Below, piece after piece: positions 17,263 to 27,942 of a stretch of DNA of 64,000 nt. Below the pieces are notes generated by a model. That model searched no databases and was not told the DNA's origin. It worked only from the letters and a program-made list of their open reading frames with translations. The position numbers were made by a program, and so were the translations under genes. Origin of the DNA: Erysipelotrichaceae bacterium (GTDB lineage: Bacteria > Bacillota_I > Bacilli_A > Erysipelotrichales > Erysipelotrichaceae); the NCBI GenBank assembly GCA_017419165.1, contig JAFOLW010000062.1:40922-104921 (forward strand), written 5' to 3'. Numbering within the stretch: position 1 is the stretch's first letter; every line of letters begins with the position of its first letter.

Positions 17263-17820
17263 ATGGCAATTGAAGCAGGCGATTTTAAGACAGGTTTAAC
17301 ACTGATCGTAGATGGTGACCCCTGGCAGGTCATCGACTTCCAGCACGTAAAACCGGGCAAAGGCGCGGCGATCTTAAGGACGAAGATGAAGAACCTCAAG
17401 ACCGGTGCTACTCAGGAAAGAAACTTTAACGCCAACGTAAAATTCGAATCCGCCAACATCGAAAAGAAACTCGTCAATTTCTCTTACATGGTCGACGATA
17501 CCTATACTTTCATGGATATGACGACCTTTGAGACATATGAACTGAGCGCTGATCAGATCGGCTTCAACAAGTATTTCATGGTCGACGGTCTGGAAGTTTC
17601 TCTGATGATGTTTGAAGGACAGGTCCTGACTGTCTCTGTTCCGGCGATCGTCAATCTGAAAGTCACGGAAACGAGCCCCGGCATCAAGGGTGCTTCCAAC
17701 AACCAGACCAAGGATGCGACTTGCGAAACAGGTCTGACACTCAGAGTTCCGCAGTTCATCGATGAAGGTGAAGTGATCGCGGTCTCTACGGTTGACGGCA
17801 AGTATTCTTCAAGAGCTTAA
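17263..17820 (+). CDS. efp: Elongation factor P
   Basis: GDFKTGLTLIVDGDPWQVIDFQHVKPGKGAAILRTKMKNLKTG. ATG 17263 lies 6 nt after the GAGGTG SD (the track's GTG 17254 is inside that SD). Confidence 0.95.
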   Translation: MAIEAGDFKTGLTLIVDGDPWQVIDFQHVKPGKGAAILRTKMKNLKTGATQERNFNANVKFESANIEKKLVNFSYMVDDTYTFMDMTTFETYELSADQIGFNKYFMVDGLEVSLMMFEGQVLTVSVPAIVNLKVTETSPGIKGASNNQTKDATCETGLTLRVPQFIDEGEVIAVSTVDGKYSSRA

Positions 17821-17836
17821 TACAAGCTCTTTTTTA
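17812..17836 (+). terminator. efp intrinsic terminator
   Basis: Stem agagctt/aagctct with a 5-nt loop, then TTTTT. The efp stop codon lies inside the hairpin. Confidence 0.7.
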
Positions 17837-17839
17837 AAC

Positions 17840-18580
17840 ATGAAGTCCGTAGTACTGGTCACAGGCGGAGCCGGCGGCATCGGTTCGGCGGTCTGTGAGA
17901 CACTGGCCAAGGAAGGCTATGACATCGTCATCCACTACTTCTCTTCGAAAGAGAAGGCCTTTTCCTTGTGTGAAAAACTGAAAGAGACCTATTCCGTGAA
18001 TTGTATGTGCGTACAGGCGGACGTCGCTAAAGAAGAAGAAGTCGAAGCGATGTTCGATGCGATCGAAAAGGAACTCGGCGGCGTCGACATCTTGGTCAAC
18101 AACGCCGCGATCGATCTGCCGGACATGTTCCATCTGAAAACGGCGGAACAGTTTCGCCGGGTCCTGGACGTCAATGTCGTCGGTGCCTACAACTGTTCCA
18201 GACGCGCCTATGCACACATGAAAGAAAAAGGCTTCGGCCGCATCATGAACATCGCCTCGACCAACGGCATCAACACCTATTATCCGATGTGCTTCGATTA
18301 CGATGCTTCCAAAGCGGCGCTGATCTCTCTGACCCACGACCTGGCCGTTCAGTTTTCTCCGGCTGTCAACGTCAATGCGATCGCTCCCGGTTTCATCGGC
18401 ACGGAGAAGGAACTTCAGGGCTACGATGAAGAGTTCCTGAAGGAAGAGTGCGACAAGATCCTGAAGAAGCGTTACGGCCGGCCGGAAGAAGTTGCTGATC
18501 TGGTCAGCTTCCTGATCAAAGCCGACTACATCAACAACAGCATCATCCGCATCGACGGCGGACAGCTTGGAAGCGTATAA
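17840..18580 (+). CDS. SDR-family oxidoreductase (FabG-like)
   Basis: MKSVVLVTGGAGGIGSAV Rossmann motif, NNAA, and catalytic YxxxK (YDASKAA). No recognisable SD. Confidence 0.85.
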   Translation: MKSVVLVTGGAGGIGSAVCETLAKEGYDIVIHYFSSKEKAFSLCEKLKETYSVNCMCVQADVAKEEEVEAMFDAIEKELGGVDILVNNAAIDLPDMFHLKTAEQFRRVLDVNVVGAYNCSRRAYAHMKEKGFGRIMNIASTNGINTYYPMCFDYDASKAALISLTHDLAVQFSPAVNVNAIAPGFIGTEKELQGYDEEFLKEECDKILKKRYGRPEEVADLVSFLIKADYINNSIIRIDGGQLGSV

Positions 18581-18592
18581 AGAAAAAAGAAA

Positions 18593-18639
18593 AGAAGTTT
18601 CCGTTTCAAAGAGTCTTGAAAGAGAAACTTCTTTTTTTG
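18593..18639. terminator. Bidirectional terminator between convergent genes
   Basis: 9-bp stem agaagtttc/gaaacttct with an inner tttcaa/ttgaaa helix. A-run upstream and TTTTTTT downstream. Confidence 0.7.
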
Positions 18640-19890
18640 TTATTTCTTTGCTTTCGTCAACGCCGACATCACCATCAGCTTGCCGTATTCCAGGGACAGC
18701 GATCCCTGCATGAACAGCGTATAGGGCTCGATGACCGGCGCATCGGCGCTGAGCTCGATCGTGCTGCCCTGGGTGAAGGCGCCGCAGGCCATGACTTCGT
18801 CAAACGGATATCCGGGCATCGGTGCCGGCAGGACAGTGACGAAGGAATCGACCGGCGAAGACTCCTGTATGCCCTGAGTGAAGCGGACGAGACTTTCTTC
18901 ATCGCCGAGTTCCACGGTCTGTATGATGTCGGTACGCCGCTCGTCATAGCGCGGATCGACATTCCTGTAGCCGAGCTTTTCCATCATGTAGGAGGCAAAG
19001 ACGGCGGTCTTCAAGGCTTCCTTGACGGCGTTGGGTGCCATGAAGATGCCTTTGAAGAAGGAGTTGTTCAGGTTGAAGTTGGCTCCCTGTTCCTTGCCGA
19101 TCCCCGGCGCCGTGAGACGCTCGGCGATCTGGCCGATGAGGTCCGCCCGTCCGGCGATGTAGCCGCCGGTCGCTGCGATACCGCCGCCCAGGTTCTTCAT
19201 CAGAGAACCGACGACGACGTCGGCACCGACGTGGCCGGGTTCCTGCGTTTCCGTCAGTTCGCCGTAGCAGTTGTCGACCATGATGATGACGTCTTTATTG
19301 ATCTGCCGGATCCGTCGGATGAGTTCCCCGATCTTGCGGACCGTCAGTGACTTGCGGTGGGAGTAGCCTCTTGAGCGCTGTATCTCGACGAGCCGCACGT
19401 CGTTTTTTTGCAGACGTTCAACGATCTTTTCCGTATCGAAGTCCTCGCCTTTCAGATCGATCTGTTCGTACTTCACGCCATAGGCCTTGAGAGACTGCGA
19501 AGAGTTTCCGCAGAGGCCGATCATCTCCTGCAGGGAATCGTAGGGGGTACCGGTCAGGGAGATCATCGTATCGCCGTGTTTCAGTAAGCCGGAGAAGGCC
19601 AGATACAAAGCGTTGGTCCCGGACATGATCTGCGGACGGACCAGGGCATCTTCGCTGCCCAGGACGGTCGCGAAGATCTTCTCCAGTTTGTCCCGGCCGG
19701 CGTCGTAGTTGCCGTAGCCGTTGATGTCGGCGAAGTCGGTGTAGGAGACTTTGTTTTCGATGAAGGCACTCAAGATCCGTTCGGAATTGTATAAGGCGGT
19801 CTCATCGATCTTCTTATAGATGTCTTTGAGTTCTTCATCGGAAGAAAGGGATAGTTCGTATATGTTTTTATCGATCTGTTCTTTGATCAT
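18640..19890 (-). CDS. PLP-dependent 'aluminium resistance' family protein (YnbB / Met gamma-lyase-like fold)
   Basis: AAGGAG SD. GSLMKNLGGGIA Lys motif and the overall YnbB-like pattern. Confidence 0.8.
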   Translation of the reverse strand: MIKEQIDKNIYELSLSSDEELKDIYKKIDETALYNSERILSAFIENKVSYTDFADINGYGNYDAGRDKLEKIFATVLGSEDALVRPQIMSGTNALYLAFSGLLKHGDTMISLTGTPYDSLQEMIGLCGNSSQSLKAYGVKYEQIDLKGEDFDTEKIVERLQKNDVRLVEIQRSRGYSHRKSLTVRKIGELIRRIRQINKDVIIMVDNCYGELTETQEPGHVGADVVVGSLMKNLGGGIAATGGYIAGRADLIGQIAERLTAPGIGKEQGANFNLNNSFFKGIFMAPNAVKEALKTAVFASYMMEKLGYRNVDPRYDERRTDIIQTVELGDEESLVRFTQGIQESSPVDSFVTVLPAPMPGYPFDEVMACGAFTQGSTIELSADAPVIEPYTLFMQGSLSLEYGKLMVMSALTKAKK

Positions 19891-20134
19891 AAGCGGCTCC
19901 TTAAGATGACAATACTCATTATATCTTCTATTTCCGGGAAGGAAAAATGATTTGTTTTTTCATGATGCGGGTACCTTTTCATTTCCCATGAATATTTCCC
20001 GAAAAATGTAACAAAATTCCGTTGACACGGATTTTTCCGCAGGTTTAAGATAGTAACATATTTGAAAAAGTGCGGCCGCGCTGAAAAAATATTTCCGTGA
20101 AACAAGAAGCGGAAGATGGTTTTGAAACCCTTAT

Positions 20135-20170
20135 GGAATGACATCGCAAGATGTTGTTTTTATTTGATTT
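20135..20170 (+). terminator. Candidate leader terminator/attenuator in the pyrG 5' UTR
   Basis: Hairpin gacatc-GCAA-gatgtt (20140-20155), extendable with A-U and G-U pairs, followed by GTTTTTATTTGATTTTT. It lies ~15 nt before the GGAGG SD. Confidence 0.35.
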
Positions 20171-20183
20171 TTCGGAGGTACGT

Positions 20184-21794
20184 ATGACAAAATTCATCTT
20201 TGTGACCGGTGGCGTCGTCTCCGGTCTGGGCAAGGGGATCACGGCGGCATCGCTGGGAAGACTGCTGAAAGCGAGAGGACTGAAAGTCGCTTCGCAGAAA
20301 CTCGATCCTTACATCAATGTCGATCCGGGGACCATGTCGCCTTACCAGCACGGCGAAGTCTATGTGACGGAAGACGGTGCGGAGACCGATCTCGACCTGG
20401 GGCATTACGAGCGTTTCATCAATGAAGATCTCAACAAGTATTCCAATCTCACGACCGGCAAGGTCTACTGGAACGTGCTGAACAAGGAAAGACGGGGAGA
20501 TTACCTGGGAAAGACCGTCCAGGTCATCCCGCACATCACCGACGAGATCAAGGAGTTCATCTATGCGGCGGCAAAGAAGAACGATCCGGATGTGCTGATC
20601 TGCGAAGTCGGCGGAACGATCGGTGACATCGAATCCCAGCCGTTCATCGAAGCCATACGGCAGATCGGTCTGGAACAGGGAAGCGAGAACGTCTGTTATG
20701 TTCATGTGACACTGGTGCCTTATCTGGAAGGCTCCGGAGAACACAAGTCCAAGCCGACCCAGCACTCGGTCAAAGAGCTGCAGGGCATGGGCATCAAGCC
20801 CGATCTCATCGTGCTTCGCTGCGTGAAGTCTCTGGAAGCGGACATCTTTGAAAAGATCGCCTTGTTCTGCAACCTGAAGAAGGAGTGTGTCATCGAAAAC
20901 AAGACTATCCCGCTCCTGTACGAAGTGCCGCTGATGCTGGAGAAGCAGGGCATGGCCGATACCGTCTGTCAGAACCTGGGATTAAAGAAACGCAAGGCCG
21001 AGCTGAGCGACTGGAAGGAGATGGTCGCAAAAGCCAAACATCCCAAACATAAGATCACGGTCGCCATCGCGGGCAAGTATGTGAAGCTGCACGATGCCTA
21101 TCTTTCGATCGCCGAAGCCCTGCATCATGCGGGCATCGCCCTGGAAAGTCAGGTGAAGATCCGATGGATCGATTCGGAAGGTATCGATGAAGACAGCGTC
21201 GGCGAAAAACTGAAAGGATGCGACGGGGTCATCGTTCCCGGCGGTTTCGGCAAACGGGGCATCGAGGGCATGATCGTGACGGCGAAATATTGCCGTGAAA
21301 ATAATATACCGTATCTGGGGATCTGTCTGGGCATGCAGGTAGGAGTCATCGAATATGCCAGGCACATTGCCGGTATGAAAGGAGCCAACTCCAAAGAGTT
21401 CGATGAGGATTCTCCTTACAAAGTGATCGACTTTCTGCCGGACCAGAATGAACAGACCGATAAAGGCGGGACTTTGCGTTTGGGCTCGTATGACTGTATC
21501 CTGAAAGAAGGAACTTTGATCAGATCGCTCTACGGTCAGGAAAAGATCGAAGAACGTCACCGCCACCGCTATGAGTTCAGCAATGTCTACCGGAAGGAAC
21601 TGGAAGAAGCCGGTCTGGTCCTGTCCGGTACCTCGCCGGACGGCTACATCGTGGAGACGGTGGAAAACAGAGACTGCGATTATTTCATCGGCGTGCAGTT
21701 TCATCCCGAATTCAAATCAAGGCCCAACCACGCCCATCCGTTGTTTCTCGGGCTGGTGAGACAGGGTATCATTAATAAGGAGGAAAAGTTATGA
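20184..21794 (+). CDS. pyrG: CTP synthase
   Basis: [19 protein letters not shown]. GATase motif GICLGMQ with a following His-containing segment. GGAGG SD 7 nt upstream. Confidence 0.95.
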   Translation: MTKFIFVTGGVVSGLGKGITAASLGRLLKARGLKVASQKLDPYINVDPGTMSPYQHGEVYVTEDGAETDLDLGHYERFINEDLNKYSNLTTGKVYWNVLNKERRGDYLGKTVQVIPHITDEIKEFIYAAAKKNDPDVLICEVGGTIGDIESQPFIEAIRQIGLEQGSENVCYVHVTLVPYLEGSGEHKSKPTQHSVKELQGMGIKPDLIVLRCVKSLEADIFEKIALFCNLKKECVIENKTIPLLYEVPLMLEKQGMADTVCQNLGLKKRKAELSDWKEMVAKAKHPKHKITVAIAGKYVKLHDAYLSIAEALHHAGIALESQVKIRWIDSEGIDEDSVGEKLKGCDGVIVPGGFGKRGIEGMIVTAKYCRENNIPYLGICLGMQVGVIEYARHIAGMKGANSKEFDEDSPYKVIDFLPDQNEQTDKGGTLRLGSYDCILKEGTLIRSLYGQEKIEERHRHRYEFSNVYRKELEEAGLVLSGTSPDGYIVETVENRDCDYFIGVQFHPEFKSRPNHAHPLFLGLVRQGIINKEEKL

Positions 21795-23878
21795 CGGACA
21801 TCATGAAGACCTTCGGCAGCAAAGTCTTCAACGACGAAGTGATGAAGACAAGGCTTTCCAAGTCGACGTACAAACAGCTGAATCAGACCATCAAACAGGG
21901 GACCTACCTCAACAAAGAGATCGCCGAAGAAGTCGCCAACGCGATGAAAGACTGGGCGGTGGAGAACGGCGCAACGCACTTCACCCATTGGTTCCATCCG
22001 CTGTCCGGAGCGACGGCGGAGAAGCACGAAAGTTTCGTTTCGACGGCCGGCGGCGGCAAGATCACACTGGAATTCTCTCCTTCCAATCTGGTCCGGGGCG
22101 AAGCGGATGCGTCCTCTTTCCCTTCCGGCGGATTAAGAGATACCTTCGAGGCGAGAGGCTATACCGCCTGGGATCCGACATCTTATGCCTTCATCAAGGA
22201 CGGTGTCTTATGCATCCCGACGGTCTTCGTGGCTTATTCGGGAGAGGCGCTGGACCACAAGGCGCCGCTGCTGAGGTCGATGGAGGCGCTGAACAAGGAA
22301 GCGATGCGCATCCTGAAGCTGTTCGGAAACACGGACGTCGATCACGTCAAGGCGACAGCCGGTGCCGAACAGGAATACTTCCTGATCGACAAAGAACTGT
22401 TCGAACAAAGAGAAGACCTGCGCCTGACCGGCCGGACTTTGATCGGTGCTCCGGCACCGAAGGGTCAGGAGATGAACGACCACTACTACGGTTCCATCCG
22501 CACCAAGGTCTCGGACTTCATGAAAGAGGTCAACGAAGAGCTCTGGACTTTGGGCATACAGGCCAAGACCGAGCACAACGAAGTCGCTCCGTCCCAGCAC
22601 GAACTGGCCAACAATTTCCTGACCGTCAACGTATCCGCCGATCAGAACAATCTGACGATGGAGATCCTGAAAAAGGTCGCCAAACGCCACGGTCTGGAGT
22701 GTCTCTTACATGAAAAGCCCTTTGCCGGGATCAACGGTTCGGGCAAACACAACAACTGGTCCTTGAAGACCGACACCGGCGTCAATCTGCTCGATCCGGG
22801 CGATACGCCGGCTGAGAACGCACAGTTCCTGCTTTTCCTGACGGCGATCATCAAGGCGATCGATGAATACCAGGATCTGCTGCGCATCTCGATCTCTTCC
22901 GCCGGCAACGACCACCGTCTGGGTGGTTCGGAAGCACCTCCGGCCATCGTTTCCGTTTTCCTGGGCGATGAGCTCAGCGAGATCCTGACATCGATCGAAA
23001 AAGGAAAGGCATATGCCGGAAAGAAGAAGGAAGCCCTGCAGATCGGCGTTCATACGATACCGGCGTTCCCGAGAGACAATACCGACCGCAACCGGACTTC
23101 GCCGTTTGCCTTCACCGGCAACAAGTTCGAATTCCGCATGCCGGGATCTTCCGCATCCATCGCCACGCCCAATACCATCCTGAACACCATCGTGGCGCAA
23201 GAGCTGAAAGGCTTTGCGGATGAACTGGAAAAAGCATCGGACTTCAACAGCGCCTTGCACGAGCTGATCCGGAAGACTTTGAAGAAGCACAAACGCATCA
23301 TCTTCAACGGCAACGGCTACGACGAGAGCTGGATCAAAGAGGCGGAAAGGCGCGGCTTGAGCAATTATGCGTCGACACCGGAAGCTCTGGCTCATTATCT
23401 GGATAAGAAGAACGTCAAAGTCTTTACCGGCAACAAGGTCCTGACCGAAAGCGAACTGCTCTCCAGGCACGAGATCTATCTGGAGAAGTATTACAAGACC
23501 ATCCACATCGAGGCCATGACGCTGACCGATATGTTAAAGAAGGACATCCTTCCGGCGGTCACCCGTTTCGAGCTTTCTTTGAAGAAGTCACTGGAAGAAG
23601 ACAAAGATCTCGGTCTTTCGGATGCGGATTCCTATGAATACGCAACATTGAGGCCTGTCAAGGAAAACAAGAAGGCGGTCTTTACGATGATCAAAAGGAT
23701 CGAACAGCTCATGGAAGAGCGTCCCGACACACCGGAAGAGCGTTCGTGTTTCTATCACGATCAGATCCTTCCGTTGATGGAAGATCTGCGCAAAAAGACC
23801 GACGCTTTGGAAAAGATCACCGACCGCAGCTTATGGCCGATGCCGACCTACAGCGATCTGCTGTTTGGAAAAGACTGA
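21791..23878 (+). CDS. Glutamine synthetase, type III
   Basis: ~695 aa. EVAPSQHE and [10 protein letters not shown] motifs and the long N- and C-terminal extensions typical of GSIII. ATGA overlap with pyrG. AAGGAGG SD. Confidence 0.9.
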   Translation: MTDIMKTFGSKVFNDEVMKTRLSKSTYKQLNQTIKQGTYLNKEIAEEVANAMKDWAVENGATHFTHWFHPLSGATAEKHESFVSTAGGGKITLEFSPSNLVRGEADASSFPSGGLRDTFEARGYTAWDPTSYAFIKDGVLCIPTVFVAYSGEALDHKAPLLRSMEALNKEAMRILKLFGNTDVDHVKATAGAEQEYFLIDKELFEQREDLRLTGRTLIGAPAPKGQEMNDHYYGSIRTKVSDFMKEVNEELWTLGIQAKTEHNEVAPSQHELANNFLTVNVSADQNNLTMEILKKVAKRHGLECLLHEKPFAGINGSGKHNNWSLKTDTGVNLLDPGDTPAENAQFLLFLTAIIKAIDEYQDLLRISISSAGNDHRLGGSEAPPAIVSVFLGDELSEILTSIEKGKAYAGKKKEALQIGVHTIPAFPRDNTDRNRTSPFAFTGNKFEFRMPGSSASIATPNTILNTIVAQELKGFADELEKASDFNSALHELIRKTLKKHKRIIFNGNGYDESWIKEAERRGLSNYASTPEALAHYLDKKNVKVFTGNKVLTESELLSRHEIYLEKYYKTIHIEAMTLTDMLKKDILPAVTRFELSLKKSLEEDKDLGLSDADSYEYATLRPVKENKKAVFTMIKRIEQLMEERPDTPEERSCFYHDQILPLMEDLRKKTDALEKITDRSLWPMPTYSDLLFGKD

Positions 23879-23908
23879 TCCGGAAAACATCGATATACAG
23901 GGGAAGAT

Positions 23909-25441
23909 ATGGAGAAGATACTGGTACTGGATTTCGGCGGTCAGTATGACCAGCTGATCGCAAGAAGAGTCAGGGATCTCGGCGTGTATGCGCAGATCCG
24001 CCGTTACAACAAGGTCACGACAGAACAGATCGAAGAAGAGGGCTATAAGGGCATCATCTTTACCGGCGGTCCCAACAGCGTGTATGAAAAAGACTCGCCG
24101 TCTTTCGATAAAAGGATCTTCGGTCTGAAGATCCCGGTCCTGGGCATCTGTTACGGTGCGCAGCTGATGGCACATCTGTGCGGCGGCAAAGTGATCTCGG
24201 CAGAAGATTCTTCGGAGTACGGAAGCACGAGAGTGTATGTGAAAGAGGAGCTGCTTTTCAAAGGTGTGAAGAATGAGAGCGTCTGCTGGATGTCGCATAC
24301 GGACTACATCTCACAAGTACCGGCAGGCTTTGAGATCCTTGCCCGCAGTGACAAGTGCCCCTGCGCGGCGATGGGAGATCCTTCAAGGAAACTCTACGCC
24401 GTGCAATTCCACCCGGAGGTCACCCATACGGAATGCGGCAGACAGATCTTCTCCAATTTTCTGTTTGACATCTGTGGATGCAAAGGCGACTGGAGGATGG
24501 ATGATTTCGTTTCCTCGAGCATCGAAAAATACAGGAAAGAACTGAAAGGAAAGAAAGTACTGCTGGCTTTATCCGGCGGCGTCGATTCTTCCGTGGCCGC
24601 CGTCCTTCTTCATAAGGCGATCGGAAACGATCTGACCTGCGTCTTCGTCGATCACGGTCTGCTCAGAAAAGGGGAAGCGCAGCAGGTGGAAGAATTGTTC
24701 AAAAACAGATTCGGTCTGCATCTGATCCGTGTCGATGCCAAAGAGCGGTTTCTGAAGAAGCTCAAGGGCGTGAAAGAGCCCGAAGTCAAACGCAAGATCA
24801 TCGGCGAAGAGTTCGTCCGCGTCTTTGAAGAAGAAGCGAAAAAGATCGGCGACGTCGATGTGCTGGTCCAGGGGACCATCTATCCGGACGTCATCGAATC
24901 CGGCAAAGGCGATTCGGCGACCATCAAGTCGCACCACAATGTCGGCGGGCTTCCGGAAGATATGTCATTCAAGACGGTCTGCGAACCTCTGCGGGATCTG
25001 TTCAAGGACGAAGTCCGCAAGGCCGGCATACAGCTGGGGATCCCCGAAAAGATGGTCTTCCGCCAGCCGTTCCCGGGACCGGGCCTGGCTGTCAGGATCC
25101 TGGGCGGGATCACGAAAGAGAAGCTCGATATCCTGAAAGAGGCAGATGCGGTCTTCACTTCGGAACTCGAGGCTGCCGGTCTTGAAGAAAAAGCCAGTCA
25201 GTATTTTGCGGTGCTGACCGATTCCAGGGCGGTCGGTGTCAAAGGCGACGCCAGGTCTTACGGCTATACGGTCGCATTGCGGGCAGTCACGACCGACGAC
25301 TTCATGACCGCAAAGATCACCAGAATCCCTTATGAGCTGCTTGAGAGGATCGCGACCCGCATCTGCAACGAAGTCAAAGATGTTTCCTGCGTCGTCTACG
25401 ACATCACGTCCAAGCCTCCGGGAACGATCGAGTGGGAGTAA
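23909..25441 (+). CDS. guaA: GMP synthase (glutamine-hydrolysing)
   Basis: GATase domain, ATP-PPase P-loop SGGVDSSV, and C-terminal PPGTIEWE. Confidence 0.95.
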   Translation: MEKILVLDFGGQYDQLIARRVRDLGVYAQIRRYNKVTTEQIEEEGYKGIIFTGGPNSVYEKDSPSFDKRIFGLKIPVLGICYGAQLMAHLCGGKVISAEDSSEYGSTRVYVKEELLFKGVKNESVCWMSHTDYISQVPAGFEILARSDKCPCAAMGDPSRKLYAVQFHPEVTHTECGRQIFSNFLFDICGCKGDWRMDDFVSSSIEKYRKELKGKKVLLALSGGVDSSVAAVLLHKAIGNDLTCVFVDHGLLRKGEAQQVEELFKNRFGLHLIRVDAKERFLKKLKGVKEPEVKRKIIGEEFVRVFEEEAKKIGDVDVLVQGTIYPDVIESGKGDSATIKSHHNVGGLPEDMSFKTVCEPLRDLFKDEVRKAGIQLGIPEKMVFRQPFPGPGLAVRILGGITKEKLDILKEADAVFTSELEAAGLEEKASQYFAVLTDSRAVGVKGDARSYGYTVALRAVTTDDFMTAKITRIPYELLERIATRICNEVKDVSCVVYDITSKPPGTIEWE

Positions 25442-25483
25442 AAAAACAAGGATTCAGCAGTAAGAAGAGCGAGGTATAAGAAG

Positions 25484-26104
25484 ATGAAAGAAAACGACAC
25501 GATGACCGATCGGATGAGATGGACCAGATATCCGAAAGACTATACGGCGGAAGAAGGCCGTATTGAGATCACGACGCTGCCGCATACCGATCTGTGGCAG
25601 AGGACCTACTATCATTTCCGCAACGACAACGCACCTGTTTTCCAGACCGAGAGCGAGGAACCGTATTTTTCGTTCATCGTGAAGACGGACTTTTCCGATG
25701 CACATCAGCGTTTCGACCAGTGCGGGATCGTGATGTATCTGGATGCCGAGAACTGGATCAAGGCATCGGTGGAATATGAGGACGGGAAGATACAGCACTT
25801 AGGTTCCGTGGTCACCGACCGCGGATATTCCGATTGGGCGACCGTTGAGATCCCGGCTGATATACGGACCATGTGGTACCGTTTCAGCAGAAGGGAAGAC
25901 GATTATCGGATCGAATGTTCCTATGACGGAGAGAAGTTCTCACAGATGCGCATCTGTCATATGCATGAAGGCAAGGGCAGGATCGCATTCGGCATCTATG
26001 CCTGTTCACCGGAAGATTCCAGTTTCAAAGCGGTCTTCAGTGACCTGAAGATCACGGACTGTGCATGGAAGGCGCATGACGGCCAGCAGCCGGATGAAGA
26101 CTGA
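25484..26104 (+). CDS. DUF1349 (concanavalin-like lectin/glucanase fold) protein
   Basis: HTDLWQRTYYHFRNDNAP and FSFIVKTDF...DQCGIVMY fit the DUF1349 pattern. Confidence 0.65.
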   Translation: MKENDTMTDRMRWTRYPKDYTAEEGRIEITTLPHTDLWQRTYYHFRNDNAPVFQTESEEPYFSFIVKTDFSDAHQRFDQCGIVMYLDAENWIKASVEYEDGKIQHLGSVVTDRGYSDWATVEIPADIRTMWYRFSRREDDYRIECSYDGEKFSQMRICHMHEGKGRIAFGIYACSPEDSSFKAVFSDLKITDCAWKAHDGQQPDED

Positions 26105-26244
26105 TGCCGCTTCGCCGCGATCTAAAGACAGACTGAAAAAATACAAGAGTATCGCAGATGAAGCTGCAGAAAACGGACCGGAACATCCGGGACAGCCGCA
26201 TCGAATACGCAAGCCGGCTTTGCTTGCCGGAAAAGGAGTGAGCG

Positions 26245-27195
26245 ATGGATATCGAGATCCTTTTGTTTCTGCAGGAATTCCGCAGCGGACCGGGGAAGAT
26301 CCTGGCCGACTTCCTGCTCAAGATGACTTTCCTGTCGGAGGTCTCAAGTGTCCTTGTCATCCTGGCGGTAGTCTACTGGTGTGTCGACAAAAACTTCGGG
26401 ACTTATCTTCTGATGGGCTGGAGCGGGAACCGTCTGGTGAACGGTTTTCTGAAAGTGACGGCTTGCGTCTACCGCCCCTGGGTCAGGGATGCACGCATCC
26501 TTCCTTACGGCGATTCGATGAAGACGGCGACCGGCTATTCTTTTCCCAGCGGACATACGATGAATGCGGCTTCCGTCTACGGCGGTCCGGCATTGCGCAA
26601 AGAACTGCCGAAAGCCTTGCGTATCACTCTGGCTTCCATGGTCGTCCTGGTCGCTTTCAGCCGCAACTATCTGGGCGTTCATGCTCCGCAGGATGTCCTG
26701 GTCGGAGCTGTTGCCGGTCTGAGTGTCATGTGGGCGGCGGGAAAGATGATGAGCTATCTGGAAAAAGAACCGGGGAAAGAAGTTCTGCTGCTGGTGCTCG
26801 GCCTGTGCCTGGCGGCTGCCATTGCCGTCTATGCCTATGTCAAGCCTTATCCGATCGACTATAACGAAGCGGGAGAACTGATCGTCGACGGCGCCGAAAT
26901 GGCCAACGATACCTTCAAGGGGATCGGCTGGTGCAGTGCTTTTCTGATCGGCTGGTTTCTGGAGAAACGTTACGTCGGATTTACGACGAAGCTCTCCATG
27001 GAACAAAGGATCAGCAGGATGGTCTGCGGCCTGCTGGGCTACTATGCCGGCAGCCTGATCCTGGTGCCGCTGATCAAGGCGATGATCACGGGACCTGTGG
27101 GAACGGTGATCTCCTGTTTCCTGCAGGTGTTCTATATTTCATTCCTGTTTCCGCTGATGATGAAGCGCCTGGAAAGCAGGAAGGAAAAAGACTAA
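26245..27195 (+). CDS. PAP2-family membrane lipid phosphatase
   Basis: PAP2 motifs KVTACVYRPW, SFPSGHT and SRNYLGVHAPQDV. Multiple TM helices. Confidence 0.85.
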   Translation: MDIEILLFLQEFRSGPGKILADFLLKMTFLSEVSSVLVILAVVYWCVDKNFGTYLLMGWSGNRLVNGFLKVTACVYRPWVRDARILPYGDSMKTATGYSFPSGHTMNAASVYGGPALRKELPKALRITLASMVVLVAFSRNYLGVHAPQDVLVGAVAGLSVMWAAGKMMSYLEKEPGKEVLLLVLGLCLAAAIAVYAYVKPYPIDYNEAGELIVDGAEMANDTFKGIGWCSAFLIGWFLEKRYVGFTTKLSMEQRISRMVCGLLGYYAGSLILVPLIKAMITGPVGTVISCFLQVFYISFLFPLMMKRLESRKEKD

Positions 27196-27238
27196 TAAAA
27201 AGATGTCCGTACACATGAATTGCCCGGACATCTTTTTC
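27196..27238. terminator. Bidirectional terminator between convergent genes
   Basis: 9-bp stem agatgtccg(27201-27209)/cggacatct(27225-27233), flanked by AAAA and TTTT. Confidence 0.7.
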
Positions 27239-27246
27239 GTTGGTCC

Positions 27247-27831
27247 TTACTGTTCTTTCTTCGGATCGACGTAGGTGCTGCACTGCACTTCCCAGATGCT
27301 GATCATATCATCGATGATCTGTTCCGCACTGACGAACTGCAGGAAAGCGTGGTCACCGTCCTGGAAGTAGATATCGAAACCGTCGTCATACTGTTCCTCG
27401 CCGATGGAGTACGGCAGGGAGGAATCGCCTTCGATATCGTAGATGATCATGTGATCGTCTTCGTCTTCGATCTCGCCGAATTCGTAAAGAAGAAGTTCGC
27501 CGGTCTCGCCGTTCACGATCATGACGGCAGCCAGGGAAGATTCTTCATCGCTGTTGTAGGCGAAGTAGATCTCGCAGCCCATATCGCTCATGCCTTCGGC
27601 ACCGGTATCGAAGAGTTCCGCCCATTCTTTTCTTAAGCCGGTCGGATCGTCTTCGGACGTCTCGGTCGTTGAAGATGTGCTGACGCCGTTTTCGATCTTG
27701 GTCTCGGTGGTCGTCGTTTTGCCATCTGCCGTCACGCTGGTCGAGAAGGATGCGGATGAAGATGTCGTAACCGTGCAGGCGCAGAGGCACAGCGTCATGA
27801 ATAATACGATAATGATCTTTTTCATAGACAT
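27247..27831 (-). CDS. Lipoprotein, acidic, with Ser/Thr-rich tether
   Basis: Lipobox MSMKKIIIVLFMTLCLCACT. GGAG SD. S/T-rich linker, then a D/E-rich globular part. Confidence 0.7.
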   Translation of the reverse strand: MSMKKIIIVLFMTLCLCACTVTTSSSASFSTSVTADGKTTTTETKIENGVSTSSTTETSEDDPTGLRKEWAELFDTGAEGMSDMGCEIYFAYNSDEESSLAAVMIVNGETGELLLYEFGEIEDEDDHMIIYDIEGDSSLPYSIGEEQYDDGFDIYFQDGDHAFLQFVSAEQIIDDMISIWEVQCSTYVDPKKEQ

Positions 27832-27942
27832 AAACTCCGTTTCTATTGGCTCTGCGCTGATTATAACACGGGAAGAAGACCTTTCTTCAGGAAATTCGAT
27901 TTTTCCGTTTCTGAAGGATAAACGCTAATATAAAATGGAGAT

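Noticed and set aside
18616-19350. 244-aa plus-strand ORF (TTG start) opposite the YnbB-like gene
   Set aside because: It starts inside the bidirectional terminator and has H/R/D/G-rich junk composition.
21988-22713. 241-aa alternative-frame ORF inside the GSIII gene
   Set aside because: Arg/Gly-rich and out of frame with clear GS motifs.
26061-26864. 267-aa alternative-frame plus-strand ORF overlapping the DUF1349 end and the PAP2 gene
   Set aside because: R/G/S/P-rich. The PAP2 frame carries all three phosphatase motifs.
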